A DNA stretch of 64,000 nt from Ruditapes philippinarum. Its lineage: Eukaryota. The DNA is taken from assembly GCF_026571515.1 (NCBI RefSeq), contig NW_026866687.1:248001-312000 (forward strand), written 5' to 3'. Under the pieces are notes generated by a model. That model made no database searches. It saw only the letters and a list, made by a program, of their open reading frames with translations, and was not told where the DNA came from. Shown here one piece after another: positions 25,501 through 37,255 of the stretch (the stretch's first letter is position 1; each line of letters begins with the position of its first letter). Made by a program: the position numbers and the translations under genes.

Positions 25501-28500
25501 TTTAATACATGTATATTAATATGAAACAGAAACACACAATTACATTTGATTTAATTCATCATCGGACGGAAAACGAAATTAGCAACTATTCCTGAACCGG
25601 AAGTACAAATATGACAGATAATTAATTAAACAAATGTCCTTTACGTGATAAAACACACATCAATACCAAGGCTGTTATTTGACTTAACACCCGTCAGACT
25701 GGCATGAGTCAACTTTCTTTAAGAAATGTAATTAAATTTTAAGTTTAGTTTTATCTAACTGTTAAAACCAATTAAGTCCTGAAACGGCATTAAAGCCACT
25801 TTTACGACGTGTAATAATACATTTTAATCATGAGTGGACAACATCTCACCTGATGTTGCCGACCTTTTGATCAGACGTTTGTTTTCACACTTCGACTAAT
25901 TGAGATGTAAATATGTTGGACTTTAATTGAGGGACCAAATTTTTCTTTTCGACTAAACAGGAGTCTCGGCAAGTCAAAATTTGACCTAAGCGGAGTTAAA
26001 ATACAAAGATAAAGAAGAAAATTTGACGGGACTTTAGAAATTATTCGACTAAGACGGAATTTTGAGTAAAGCGATTTTGACTTATTGAGAGTCAACTGTA
26101 TTAGCTTTATTTTACCAGTATTAAATTAGACCATTTTTATAAATTATTTTATACTGTGGTATTTTCACAATTCAAAAGGCCCCAAACCAATTCACAAAAA
26201 ATCTTGAACAAAAACGCTGTTATAATTTAGTAGATCTTGTTGTGAGTCAGATTTTTCTGATTCAAATTTTAAGTAAAGACCCAAACATCACAATAACAGA
26301 AAACTATAAAGGATATCACAAAAAGCGCCTTTGTGTGGAATTTCTTGAGCCCTCTCTATAGTTCTGATCTGGTCTATAGTTTTCAAGTCAGGTGACAGAC
26401 CTCCATGTACACACAATATACATTCATCTATAATCTAAAATATACAAACAAACTATTATTAAGACTTAATGTAGTATGGAAAACCAAGTTCTGAGATCAA
26501 GTTTAATAGTATCTTCCAAGACTTCTCTAAAGATTGTTGAATGGAGAAACCAGGTTGCAAACCAATTAAGGCTCACACAAAAATTATCTGGATCGGGATG
26601 AATACAGCTTCATTAAATCTACTCCTTTGTTTTAGTTATAAATATGGTATACTTTTTCTACATTTCTTAATTATGGTGTTTAAAACTATGATATAAAACT
26701 GTAATAATTTCACGAACTTTTTTAATCCTTGTACATGTAGGCTCGTTTCTAAAGTGCAGCAGTATTTCTTAGTAGTGATGTTCTATCTTTTTTTTCAACA
26801 ACTTACAACTTATCTTTGAAAGGAATAAATGAAAAATTCTTACTGATGACTTTCAATTAACCAAAAAGTCACCCATACTGCTATAGACTAAATTCCACCC
26901 TATACTGGTTGGATAATCAGAAATCTTGTGAAACATCTATTTCAACTTTGTTGTGATGAAAATTTGGAAGCTTATTTGAAACCACTCAAGTCCATTTCCT
27001 GGAACTAACCAGTACTTGTGTCATATGAGGAAATATGGCTTTGACCTGTGTACTTGTGTGTAGAACTCGGATCTATGACCCCTGGGATGAGAGGCAAGAC
27101 ACCTTAACCACTATACTATCATACTTACAGCAGCTACTGTGAGTAAATCAAACACTTTGCAACAATATCTCCAGGCATTGGCATTTCCATATTTTGTTTG
27201 ACACTCATCTGTATAAAACATAATCAAATCTATGTTAATACCTAAAATTTTAACCCAAGGGCTTTTATTTGAACAAACTTGGTAGACACCCATAAGAAGA
27301 TGTTTCATGCTAAACATCTAAGCTCTAGCTCATTGGGTTTTTTCAAAGAAGATTTTTAAGTTTTTGCTATACACATATAAGGAAAATCAATGACTTCGGG
27401 GCGGGGCCAATTTTGACCCAGGGCTTTTATTTGAACAAACTTTGTAGACACTCACTAGAAGATGTTTCATGCTTAATATCTAAACTCTAGCTATTTGGGT
27501 TTTTTCAAAGAAGTTTTTCTTAAGTTTTTGCTATACACATATAAGGAAAATCAATGACCCCTGGGGCGGGGCCAATTTTGACCCCCAGGGCTTTTATTTA
27601 GACAAACTTGATAGACACCCACTAGAACATGTTTCATGCTAAATATCTTAGCTCTAGCTCTTTGAGTTCTTTAAAAGAAGATTTTTTAAGTTTTTACTGT
27701 ATGCATAAAGGGAAAATCAATGACCCCCTGGGGCGGGGCCAATTTTGACCCCAGGGCTTTTATTTGAACAAGAGCCATGTCAACATGGCCATCCCCCGCC
27801 GAATGTGTTTGCTCATTGGAAGAATGTATATGTAGTAGAGCAGAATAATTCCATTTTAAGAGGTCTTTTGGTAATGAAAACTGATGGCTATAGTGATTAC
27901 AGATTTGAAACCTATGTGAATACTGATGGCTGAAAATAACAAAGGGCAATAACTGAAAAATAATGCAGGGTAGGTTATCATTCTTGTGTGCTGCATCCCT
28001 CCTCAGTAAAATCCCTCCTCAGTAAAATCTATCCACCTTTCAAGTTTCAAGTTGATACCTCAAATACTTTTGAGAAAAAAATTGAATTGAAAAATTAAGT
28101 ATGAAAAATAACAAAGGGCAATAACTCAAAAATTATAAAAGGTAGAGTTATCATTCTTGTGCAGTGCACACCTCCTGAGTGAGATCTATGCGCCTGTGAA
28201 GTTTCATTTTGATATCTCAAAGGTTTTTTGAGTTATGCTCTGGACAAAAATTAATTTTGAAAAATAACAAAGGGCAATAACTCAAAAATAATGCAGGGTA
28301 GAGTTATCATTCTTAAGCCCTGCACTCTTCCTCAATGAGATCCATCCTTCTTTGAAGTTTCAAGTTGATACCTCAAATACTTTTTGAGATAAGCTCTGGA
28401 CAAAATAGCATGAAAAAGAACAAAGGGCAATAACTCAAAAATTGTATAGGGAAGAGTTATCATTCTTGCGCACAACATTCCTCCTCAATAAGATCTATCC

Positions 28501-31500
28501 ACCTATGACATTTCATGTTGATATCTCAGACACTTTTTGAGTTATGCTCCACTCGGGTGAAAAATTAAGTATGAAAAAAAACAAAGGGCAATAACTCAAA
28601 AATTATAAAAGGTAGAGTTATCATTCTTGTGCACTGCACACCTCCTGAGTTAGATCTATGCACCTATGAAGTTTCATAATGATATCTCAAAGGCCTTTTG
28701 AGTTATGCTCTGGACAAAAATTAATTTTGAAAAATAAAAAAAGGGCAATAACTAAACAATTATGCAGGGTAGACACTCATTAGAACATGTTTCATGCTAA
28801 ATATCTTAGCTCTAGCTCTTTGAGTTCTTTAAAAGAAGATTTTTTAAGTTTTTACTATATGCATATAGGGAAAAACAATGACCCCCTGGGGCGGGGCCAA
28901 TTTTGACCCAAGGGCTTTTATTTGAACAAACTTGGTAGACACTCACTAGAAGATGTTTCATGCCAAATATCTAAGCTCTAGCTCTTTGGGTTTTTTAAAA
29001 GAAGATATTTAAAGTTTTTTCTTTTGGTTGCCATGGCAACCAGAGTGGCAACCAGAGTTCTGCATGGAATTAAATTCTTTGAACAATTTTTAAAGGTGAC
29101 CACCAAGTTTGGATGAAATTGGCTTAGTGGTTTATGAGGAGATGTCATTTAAAGTAAAAGTTTACGGACGGACGGACGCCGGACGAAAAGCGATCACAAA
29201 AGCTCACCCTGTCACTTTGTGACAGGTGAGCTAAAAACGATAGCATATATTTCATATTATCATTAAGAATAATTATTCAAACTTAGAAAAAATCTTTTCC
29301 TTTAAAAAAAAAATATACCATAGAAACCATAAATCTGTGTAATCTGTCTGCTTTCATGATTTCCTCGTAGAAGAACTATCTTGTCTGGCCATCTGTAAAG
29401 AATATGGGAGATAATCCACATACAATGTTAGACAGAGTCACTTGCCAATGTGTACAAACGAGGGTCGTGACAATACAGAAGAAGAACTAACAATGAAAGG
29501 TTTCAATTCTTTAAGCTGTGTCACTCAATTTTTCCTGCTTAATAAAGTATCAGAATCTATGCTTACTACACAAACTATGTTTTGTTTGGTTTTACAGCTC
29601 ACCAACTCAATTAATGTAATATGGCACTGAAACTGGAAAGATGATTTTGGCTAACTTCTAGTCTTACAAACTTATAGCAAGGCCAGGGGTCAAAACCACC
29701 TTATTTGCTGCATAGACTCAAGTAATATTAACCCATTAAGTCGCCTCTTATGATCACACAGGGATAAACGATGGCAGCAATGGTGATATTTCAACCCTTA
29801 AATGCAACCTTTCAGCCACAAGGGGTATGCTTACTAAATAAACATTAGATATATAAGTGATGAAGTTGATTCAATCAGTACAAAGTCAGAATATCTGTTT
29901 ATTCCCATATGTTTTTAAACCTATATAAAAGATATTCCCTAGATGGGCTAGTAAAACACATGTGAGATACTTACTTTGCCTTCAATGTGAGTAGTAATGT
30001 AAAAGTTTCCAAGCTGTAGTAGCCTCTGTCTACAAAATCTCCCTGAAAAAAAAATACATACTTTGATACATGTATGTTCTTTCAAAAATAAGTTACTTTT
30101 TTACAAATATAAAGTAAAAACATGTTAGTATTGTCCAATAGATAAATGGTTTATATTGTGAGATGATCTTAATCACAAGTATGAATGAAAATTTAAAAGT
30201 TGAAAACAACACAAGAAATGTTTGTCAAACACAAAAATGGCTGTGCTTTCAAATGGAATCTGAAAAAATTGATACAAATTCCTGCATAACTGTCAAAGTT
30301 CCTGGTTACATTTATACACGCATCTTTGTAAGTACTGTCTTGTATCAATATCTCAGTATTGTATTGTGATAATTTATTATGAGGGTTATTATCAGGATTT
30401 ACTAATGCATCAACGATATCGGCACAACTCTTAACAAAGACCACCTCTATATATAAACCATATTCATGTAATATCATTCAATTTGGAAAACTGATTGTGG
30501 ATACTGATTGAACAAATAAGCAATATGGTTAACTGCTGATTGGGTGTTACATCTCACCAAAACAGTATAGGTTAAACTGCGACTTCCAGCTTAATTGGTG
30601 GAGGAAAACCTAAGGAGGCCCTCTGTGTGTTATTTCAGGCACAAACGAGCAACTGAGTAGAACCACTGATATTTCGAAAGCTAGCTGGATAGCTTCCTCA
30701 CAGTAAAGAATCCGAAGACAATTGCACAATCAAACCTACAGCAGTGATAGACATGTGGTTTAAACTCATGGTTAACTGTAGATTCATCATGTATATCTTG
30801 TACACTGGTCATTATAGAGGATGTCTTAAATTGACATGATAAATGGCCAATGGTTTGAGTAAGACTTTAAGACAAAATGTAAATGTATATTTACCATGAA
30901 AATGTAATTTGTATCTGGCATCTGTCCACCTGTTCTGAACAGCTCCATCAAATCATAGAACTGAAAAAGTCAAATATTTCTAGTGAATTGACTTAAGATA
31001 TATATATGTTACAGTCATCGAATTTAGCACTGGCCCTGTGGCCCATGGCCAGTGAAAATTAGCTTGGGCCAGTGAAAATTTTAAGAAATATAAGTTATTG
31101 TTAAATATATAGTACAATAAATTTACAACTGGAATTTGGGCTAGTAAATTCAAAAATTTAAATTCATTGACTGATGTTACGAATGTACATGTATGTATGT
31201 ACATATGTATAATCAAAGTACCAGTTAATAACTTGATCTTTAAACGGCACCCCTTTTGGTAAACAATTTTACCCTTTACCTGCTGAATTTATGTAATGGA
31301 TTTGCCCAACTTTGGACTTGAAACGATTCATTCAAAGTTTAAGGTATTTCAATAACAAAATGTACAAATGTACTAATAATATGGAGCCAAGTCAGACCAA
31401 ATGTGCAAGCTGGCCCTGCTCTAAACTGTCGGCAAAGGCTTATTTAACAGTTCCAGCACTTTAAAGGTTAAAGGGGAATTACTTAAAATATTTTTCTCAC

Positions 31501-34500
31501 TTAATTGAGAAGAGGCCTTAGCCTCTTGATTTTGTGAATAACTATCACTAAAATTTCCAATTTGGGAAGTAACAAAGCTGGTGTAAGTTCAGATTTTTAC
31601 CAAAACTGCATGATTTTAAAGAAAATTTCAATTGGAAAGACACCTTTCCAAGACCTCAGTTACATGAGTTGAAATTTATATCAGTGAATTATTAAAGTCT
31701 CATTCTTTTACATCAGTGATAAAAGCACTCCAATAAATACTGCACTTGACTATCTTGATAATGAATAAACCAATAAGTATTATTATACAAATTTATTGCT
31801 AAACAGGTCTTCTTAAATTTTTGAAATTCTAACAAGATTCAAACCTACTGTCTGATGACAGGGTCAGAGGGGCAAGTGATTTGATTTCTGAAACATTAAT
31901 TACTTAATTACAAAAGTCTCATTGTTTGTTGATACTACATGTGAATCTATATCATTTCTATAAATAAAAATAATTATCATACTGAATGTAAAGGTTTCAT
32001 GTCATATGTGTCTGAACCTTGTTGTTTTTAATGGGCAAGAAACTTTACATTTAGTATGTCTTGCTTATTGATAATAGTACATGTAGCAACCCCACATTAT
32101 CTTTTTGATCTAATTGTTTTTATAAACATGTAATTGTTTTTATAAACAAATAATGTCATCTAATAGTGCTCATTATAAGCATTTCAAAACAGTTTTCCTT
32201 TTCTAAATATCTTTAAAAATAAAAAAGTTATGGCATTTAATTATGTTAGAAATTGCGCATTTTTTTATAATTTTTGCTAAATATAATTATATATATACAA
32301 TTAATAGGAAATAAGACTGAGAGGTGTAAGAGTAATACACATCAACACCAGGACAAGTTAGACAGTAATATGTTCAGTCTACTTGTTTCGGTCAACAATT
32401 GACTTTCATCAGGTCTGAGGACTGTCTAAACTAAATTTACAACAGTTCTTTACCTGGCCATGTATATCTCCACATACTGTGACTGGTGTTGATACTGGCT
32501 GCACATTGGACTCCTCCAGCAATAACTCACACACCATATCACATAATCTCTGAAAATAAATAATATTTTCTTCATTATCATAGTCTAAAAATATTTTAGT
32601 TGTTTTTTTTCCACATTTTAGGGAAAGGTGACAGGGGTGTGGAAATAATTATTTTTGTCACATGTTTGCAAAAGGACAAGCTGGGCAGAATTTTTTACTT
32701 GTCCATATAAAAATACAGAAGGTTGACCATTGTTGTTAAACAAAAGTGAAGTGTTCACTTCAATTGATAAAAATATAATATTTCATTGCATAAATGAATA
32801 CTACAGTCTATACACTATAAACAATATCATATAATAACATCTCAAATCTAAAAATGTTTTAATAATAATACATAAATATAAGAATTCCACATTACTAAAA
32901 TAAGATTTAGAAAAATCAATAATCATACTCATAGATCTATGGTTAAAATGATAACATATTATATAGTGTTATTGTTGCTTATTGATTATGAAGAAATACA
33001 TGTAATGATGTATGTCACAAGCACTTAAGCCGGTGACAAATTGGCTAAAATTCATCCAACACAAACAAACTCTTTTAAGAAGCTGACGGTCAATTTATGC
33101 ACAATGGAGTGATTCAAACGGCGGATGATATTCTACATCCTCAAATATGGGCAAGTACACGATCACTGATCAAGTCAATAGAAAAAGTCTGTTTGGGATT
33201 TAAAGTTTTTGGCCAAAATTACTTCTCTTTGATCTCGCTTTTACTATGGACATGAAAAAAAGATATGGTTCATTAGTTGTTGTTGCAATTTTCATGCCAA
33301 CTGTTTTGTTTATTTTAAATTTCTTTATGGAGATTTGAGCCAGCCCAAAAATAGTTTGATTGATTATATTAGCCAGCCTCAGGCTCTTAATGACAATCAT
33401 GCATATAGAATAATTATAGCGAGCTAAAAGAGCTGGCCAAAAGGGCCTGCTCGCAAAGCATGCTTTACTGTAATGCGAGTATCTGCTAGATAGTGATGGT
33501 TTTGAAAACTTTTGTCAGTGGTACTGAATTGACACATCGCAACTTTTTTAATTATAAGATCAGAGCAACAGATAAGGTGCGTATTTGCGTATTTACGCAA
33601 TTAATTTCATAAAATACGCAATTGATTTTTTAAGAATGCGTATCAAAACCCATTAAAAAAAATAAAATACGCAATTGTCTTAAAAACCTGTGCGTATTGT
33701 CATTTTCATCACCGTAAAATTAATCTGTCGTATGCACGTAGTTTTGGACAAATAATAGCGATATGCATGCTATCCGAATATTCCCGAATCAATGCTAACT
33801 AATCAACGGTCTCCGGTCTTCGACGGTCCCCGGTCTCCAAAGACCGACTAAGTCAAATCAATAATGCATGACACCGTCGTTTGTCTACTCAGGTCGACGG
33901 TCTTTACAGACCGGCAGAGACCGTTGATTTTGCGGAGACCGTCAATAAGTAGGTCCCACCTGTATCAATAGACGCTTTGAAAGCAATATGGCGTCGTACA
34001 AAAGGGAAAATGATTTGAAACAAAACAATCGTAAATAATCAAAAATCAGTCAGAAAACAAACTTGTTAAAAATATTTTTATGAAATATAACTTGAGCATT
34101 TTATATAAAAAATAAAATAATTGTGAAAAGTTCTAGTAAATGGTTAATCCTATTTTCTTTTTAAAACAGTAAAATTTCATTGATATTGAAACCATAAAAT
34201 TTTCATAATTGAATACCCAATTGATCTTGATATCATAGGGTATCGAGTTTTGGAATACCCAATTAAATGGAGCCAATACCCAATTCCAAAGGAAATGATG
34301 GAGTAATACCCAATTCACTTTTAAAGCTTATCTGTTGCTCTGTAAGATCATGATAAAAACTGAGGTATTCTAATTGAAAATGAAAGCAGTGCCCTGCGCA
34401 CTTTTATAGGAACGATAATAGGACAGGGAACCAGAATAAATGGTCGCAGTGTATAAAATACTGACAATTTTAAAACGGAAAATGTAAAATAAAAATGAAC

Positions 34501-35406
34501 GATTATTTTATACAATTTCACGGTAAAAGTAAATGAAGCATCTTTCTTTTAGATTATTAAGATTATTTGTCTATTAACTATTTGAAAGACCCTTCACAAA
34601 GTCTTGTCAGATGTTCCTTCAGAAAAAATTATTGGACATTTTCAGGTCTAGGATTTCATGATATTTACGTACTGTCCGTAAATTCATAGATGGTCTAGAA
34701 TTTTAAAGATTTTTCAATCCATAAATTTACAGATATTCAATGTGAAATTTGCTGTTTTTAGTTTTAAACTAAAATCAGCCGCTTAAGACAAGTTGTTTTA
34801 TTGATTGTTTATATTTACAAAGGTAATGGGGTGAGTTTCATCTTTGTATGAAGATTTTGAAATTTTTGTTAAAAGTGTAAATTGAAAGTCATCAAATTGT
34901 TCTGAATCTTACCATACTGTTACATTTATTCATATAATATGTAACTTATCCATTTTTACCTGAGGTTTTGAATTTTAATGCAACTTCTACTATTTTCTTA
35001 GTTCATATCTGTAAATTTACAGATTAAAAAATCTGTAAAATTATGGATCGTCCAAAAATTTACAGACTGTCCATAAAATGATAAATATCATAAAATCCTA
35101 GACCTGATTTTTAAACACCAAACTCGTCCAAAGTAAATTTGATGTATATGCCAAATTGTAACTTTGAAATACTATCGAATTAGTACTGTGAAAATGCTTA
35201 GGGAAGCGAATCATGGGCACCAATGGATAATATAAACTATTTCCCCTCCCACTTTTTTTTACAAAATCGGATAACTTCACAAATAACATTTAGCGAGAGA
35301 TTTTTAGTCCTTCACTATATAACCTGAAATATTTAACCTTTAAGTCATTTTCTGGAAGATATTTGCATTCTTTTGCAATTTCTATCCATTTATCCACACT
35401 GTGCAT
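22524..35406 (-). CDS. PPP6C: Serine/threonine-protein phosphatase 6 catalytic subunit
   Basis: Minus-strand exons: 35406-35338 ([23 protein letters not shown]), 32549-32454 (..VCGDIHGQ), 30960-30895, 30042-29975 (GDFVDRG), 29392-29319 (RGNHE), 27208-27129 ([15 protein letters not shown]), 26434-26317 ([16 protein letters not shown]), about 24709-24620 (damaged, [15 protein letters not shown]), 23816-23759 (CRAHQLVHE), 22714-22524 ([19 protein letters not shown]). [17 protein letters not shown] and TTTPYFL point to PP6 rather than PP2A or PP4. Confidence 0.95.
24710..26316 (-). other. U12-type (minor spliceosome) AT-AC intron in PPP6C, phase 1
   Basis: The minus strand reads ...GCT TTT TGT G|ATATCCTTT (26316-26308), the U12 5' splice-site consensus. 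A U12-like branch site TTCCCTTAAC (24727-24718) lies just upstream of the next exon, and there is no AG acceptor nearby. The exact 3' boundary is blurred by sequence errors. Confidence 0.8.
25262..26098. mobile_element. Tc1/mariner (pogo/Tigger-like) MITE inside the PPP6C U12 intron
   Basis: TIRs CAGTTGACTCTC..GAGAGTCAACTG, flanked by TA on both sides. Confidence 0.8.
27250..29233 (+). mobile_element. Second, 5'-truncated copy of the ~166-bp-array HINE in PPP6C intron 5
   Basis: Same monomer, GGAC microsatellite and GTGACAGGTGAGCTA terminus as 19204-20633; the head is missing. Confidence 0.8.
27767..28773 (+). mobile_element. Third HINE-like family with ~155-bp array (AAAGGGCAATAACTC), nested and 3'-truncated
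   Basis: Head AACAAGAGCCATGTCAACATGGC. Monomer marker at about 27941, 28113, 28269, 28422, 28583 and 28740. Confidence 0.7.
33561..34342. mobile_element. MITE with 16-bp perfect TIR and 6-bp TSD (PPP6C intron 1)
   Basis: CAGAGCAACAGATAAG..CTTATCTGTTGCTCTG; TAAGAT duplicated at 33555-33560 and 34343-34348; subterminal repeats TACGCAATT (left) and AATACCCAATT (right). Confidence 0.8.
34643..35106. mobile_element. MITE (PPP6C intron 1)
   Basis: TIRs CAGGTCTAGGATTT..AAATCCTAGACCTG; internal AAATTTACAGA repeats. Confidence 0.7.
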
Positions 35407-35700
35407 TTTTACAATTTTTTATTTCGTTTCCTGTTTTTGATTATTACTTCGGTCTAAATGTAAAACGCAAATTGATTGGTCAATATTGTATGTATGCTAA
35501 ATCTGTACCTTTCCGTTTCATACGGGACAGGACGGCTTTTAATCACAACAGTACTTAATTTTGTTTTAGAAGCTAATTTTACACACATCTGACACAGTCA
35601 ATCTCCTATCATGCGTTATTTTCTTCAGCAAGCTTAAATTGTAGGCCTGAATAAACAGTTTACTATTTTAGGACTGTTTATTACATGCTTTTCGGTGGTT

Positions 35701-36100
35701 TATAGAAATATATCAGTGACATAAAACTGGTAATTTCACTGTTTGAAACAGTGAAATTACCACTTTGATTTAAGCCCCTTACGTTGTTTCAGTGAAATAC
35801 CAGCGTGCACAGTACTGGGTACCAACTTAATGACGTGACGTCGTAAATGACGTCACGCTGTATTATTATTTGGCGCGCTTTTCATTCAGTATTAGGCTTA
35901 ATGTCTCTTTAAAACGTTTCTTTGCATGTAATCAAAAGAAAATTTGTTTAGTTTAGTGTAAGATCGTAATATATTTCACCGAGTGGGCACCAAAAGGTAT
36001 ATTTCACGAGTGGCTGCGCCACTCGTGAAATATACTTTTTGGTGCTCACTCGGTGAAATATATTCCGATCTTACACTGAACTAAACAAATATCCTCTATA
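35701..36100. mobile_element. MITE-like element with internal ~149-bp palindrome, upstream of PPP6C
   Basis: Ends TATAGAAATATAT..ATATCCTCTATA; near-perfect inverted repeat 35942-36090 centred on GAGTGGC-TGC-GCCACTC. Confidence 0.7.
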
Positions 36101-36740
36101 TTTTACTGTAAAAAATAACATTGAAAAAAGCAGTTTTAAATAGCCCACAGAGCCCCATGTGCACAAATAAGGAAGTTGATACACAACAGCATTTTTCCAC
36201 ATCTTCCTTCTTCGTGTTGGCTGTTGATCCCATACTCATTTATGGATCGTTACAGTATAGTTAGTTATATAACGTATAGTTATATACGTTAGTTTCTACC
36301 GGCTTATTTAGTAAAAAAAACCTGCTGTTTAATTTCCGGGACGTCAAATATATGTAAACGTTGAACCTATATCAAAATGCCTCGTTGTAGAACTAGCACT
36401 CTGTCCTTCATCTAAATGTATTTTTTATCATTATTTTAGAACTCTGAATTCGCGATTGACGTGCTCGCAGTGGAGAATATCAGCCCGCAACAAAACAGCT
36501 CATATAATATATGCATATATGTCAGGTTTCATATGACTTGGATAGTGTTGATGAGTAATATGTTCTCAACAGGAAATGCTGAATTAAGCCTCACACAAAA
36601 TCGACTGATTTAATTCATTACGTATAATGGACGAAAATTGAGTCCACAGGCCAGTACCACTAATGGCAAAATACCCCCAACACCTTAAATTTGCACGAAT
36701 TTAAGTCCGAAAAGTCTTGGGAAACTGTTTAAACGCGTTA

Positions 36741-37213
36741 TAGACCTTTTTACATTTCGATTCTTCCATAGTAACCGTAGGACAAAAGCGCAGTAAAATT
36801 GAGAACAGTGTATGGTACTTTAAGGCTTTAATAGTCGTGATTCCATGTTATGTCACCCAGAAAACAGTAATTTTGGGATGACTTAAAGCGGTTAGTACCT
36901 AAAACGTTAATTGATATTTATAACAGATCTATATAATAAATATTCGGAACTAATAATTCAATGGTCAAAAGGCGCACACAAATGTCATCTGTTTAAGGTA
37001 TCATTAGACGACTTTTTCATCTGTTATTAAAATTTAAACAGCAGCGTGTTAAAGATTAAATTTTATTACCCCTGTATTACATAATATTACACAATGTGTA
37101 TTGTACACTTCCTTTTGGATTGGCCAGGCGGTGTCAACAGATTGACACGCGACGCGGTTGTTTGTTTCCAGCTATACTGGTTTCCTAGCAGTTTCCGTTC
37201 CGGCCGTTTATCA

Positions 37214-37255
<42 letters not shown>

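Noticed and set aside
26280-26316. Read-through of PPP6C exon 7 as DILYS (resembles DILWS)
   Set aside because: A stop follows within a few codons, and the real VWS..PEEVDTW sequence lies at about 24700. The similarity comes from the U12 donor ATATCCTTT.
22524-35406. PPP6C as a pseudogene, or as PP2A/PP4
   Set aside because: Nine exons and their splice sites are intact, the damage is confined to one error-like patch, and the diagnostic residues match PP6.
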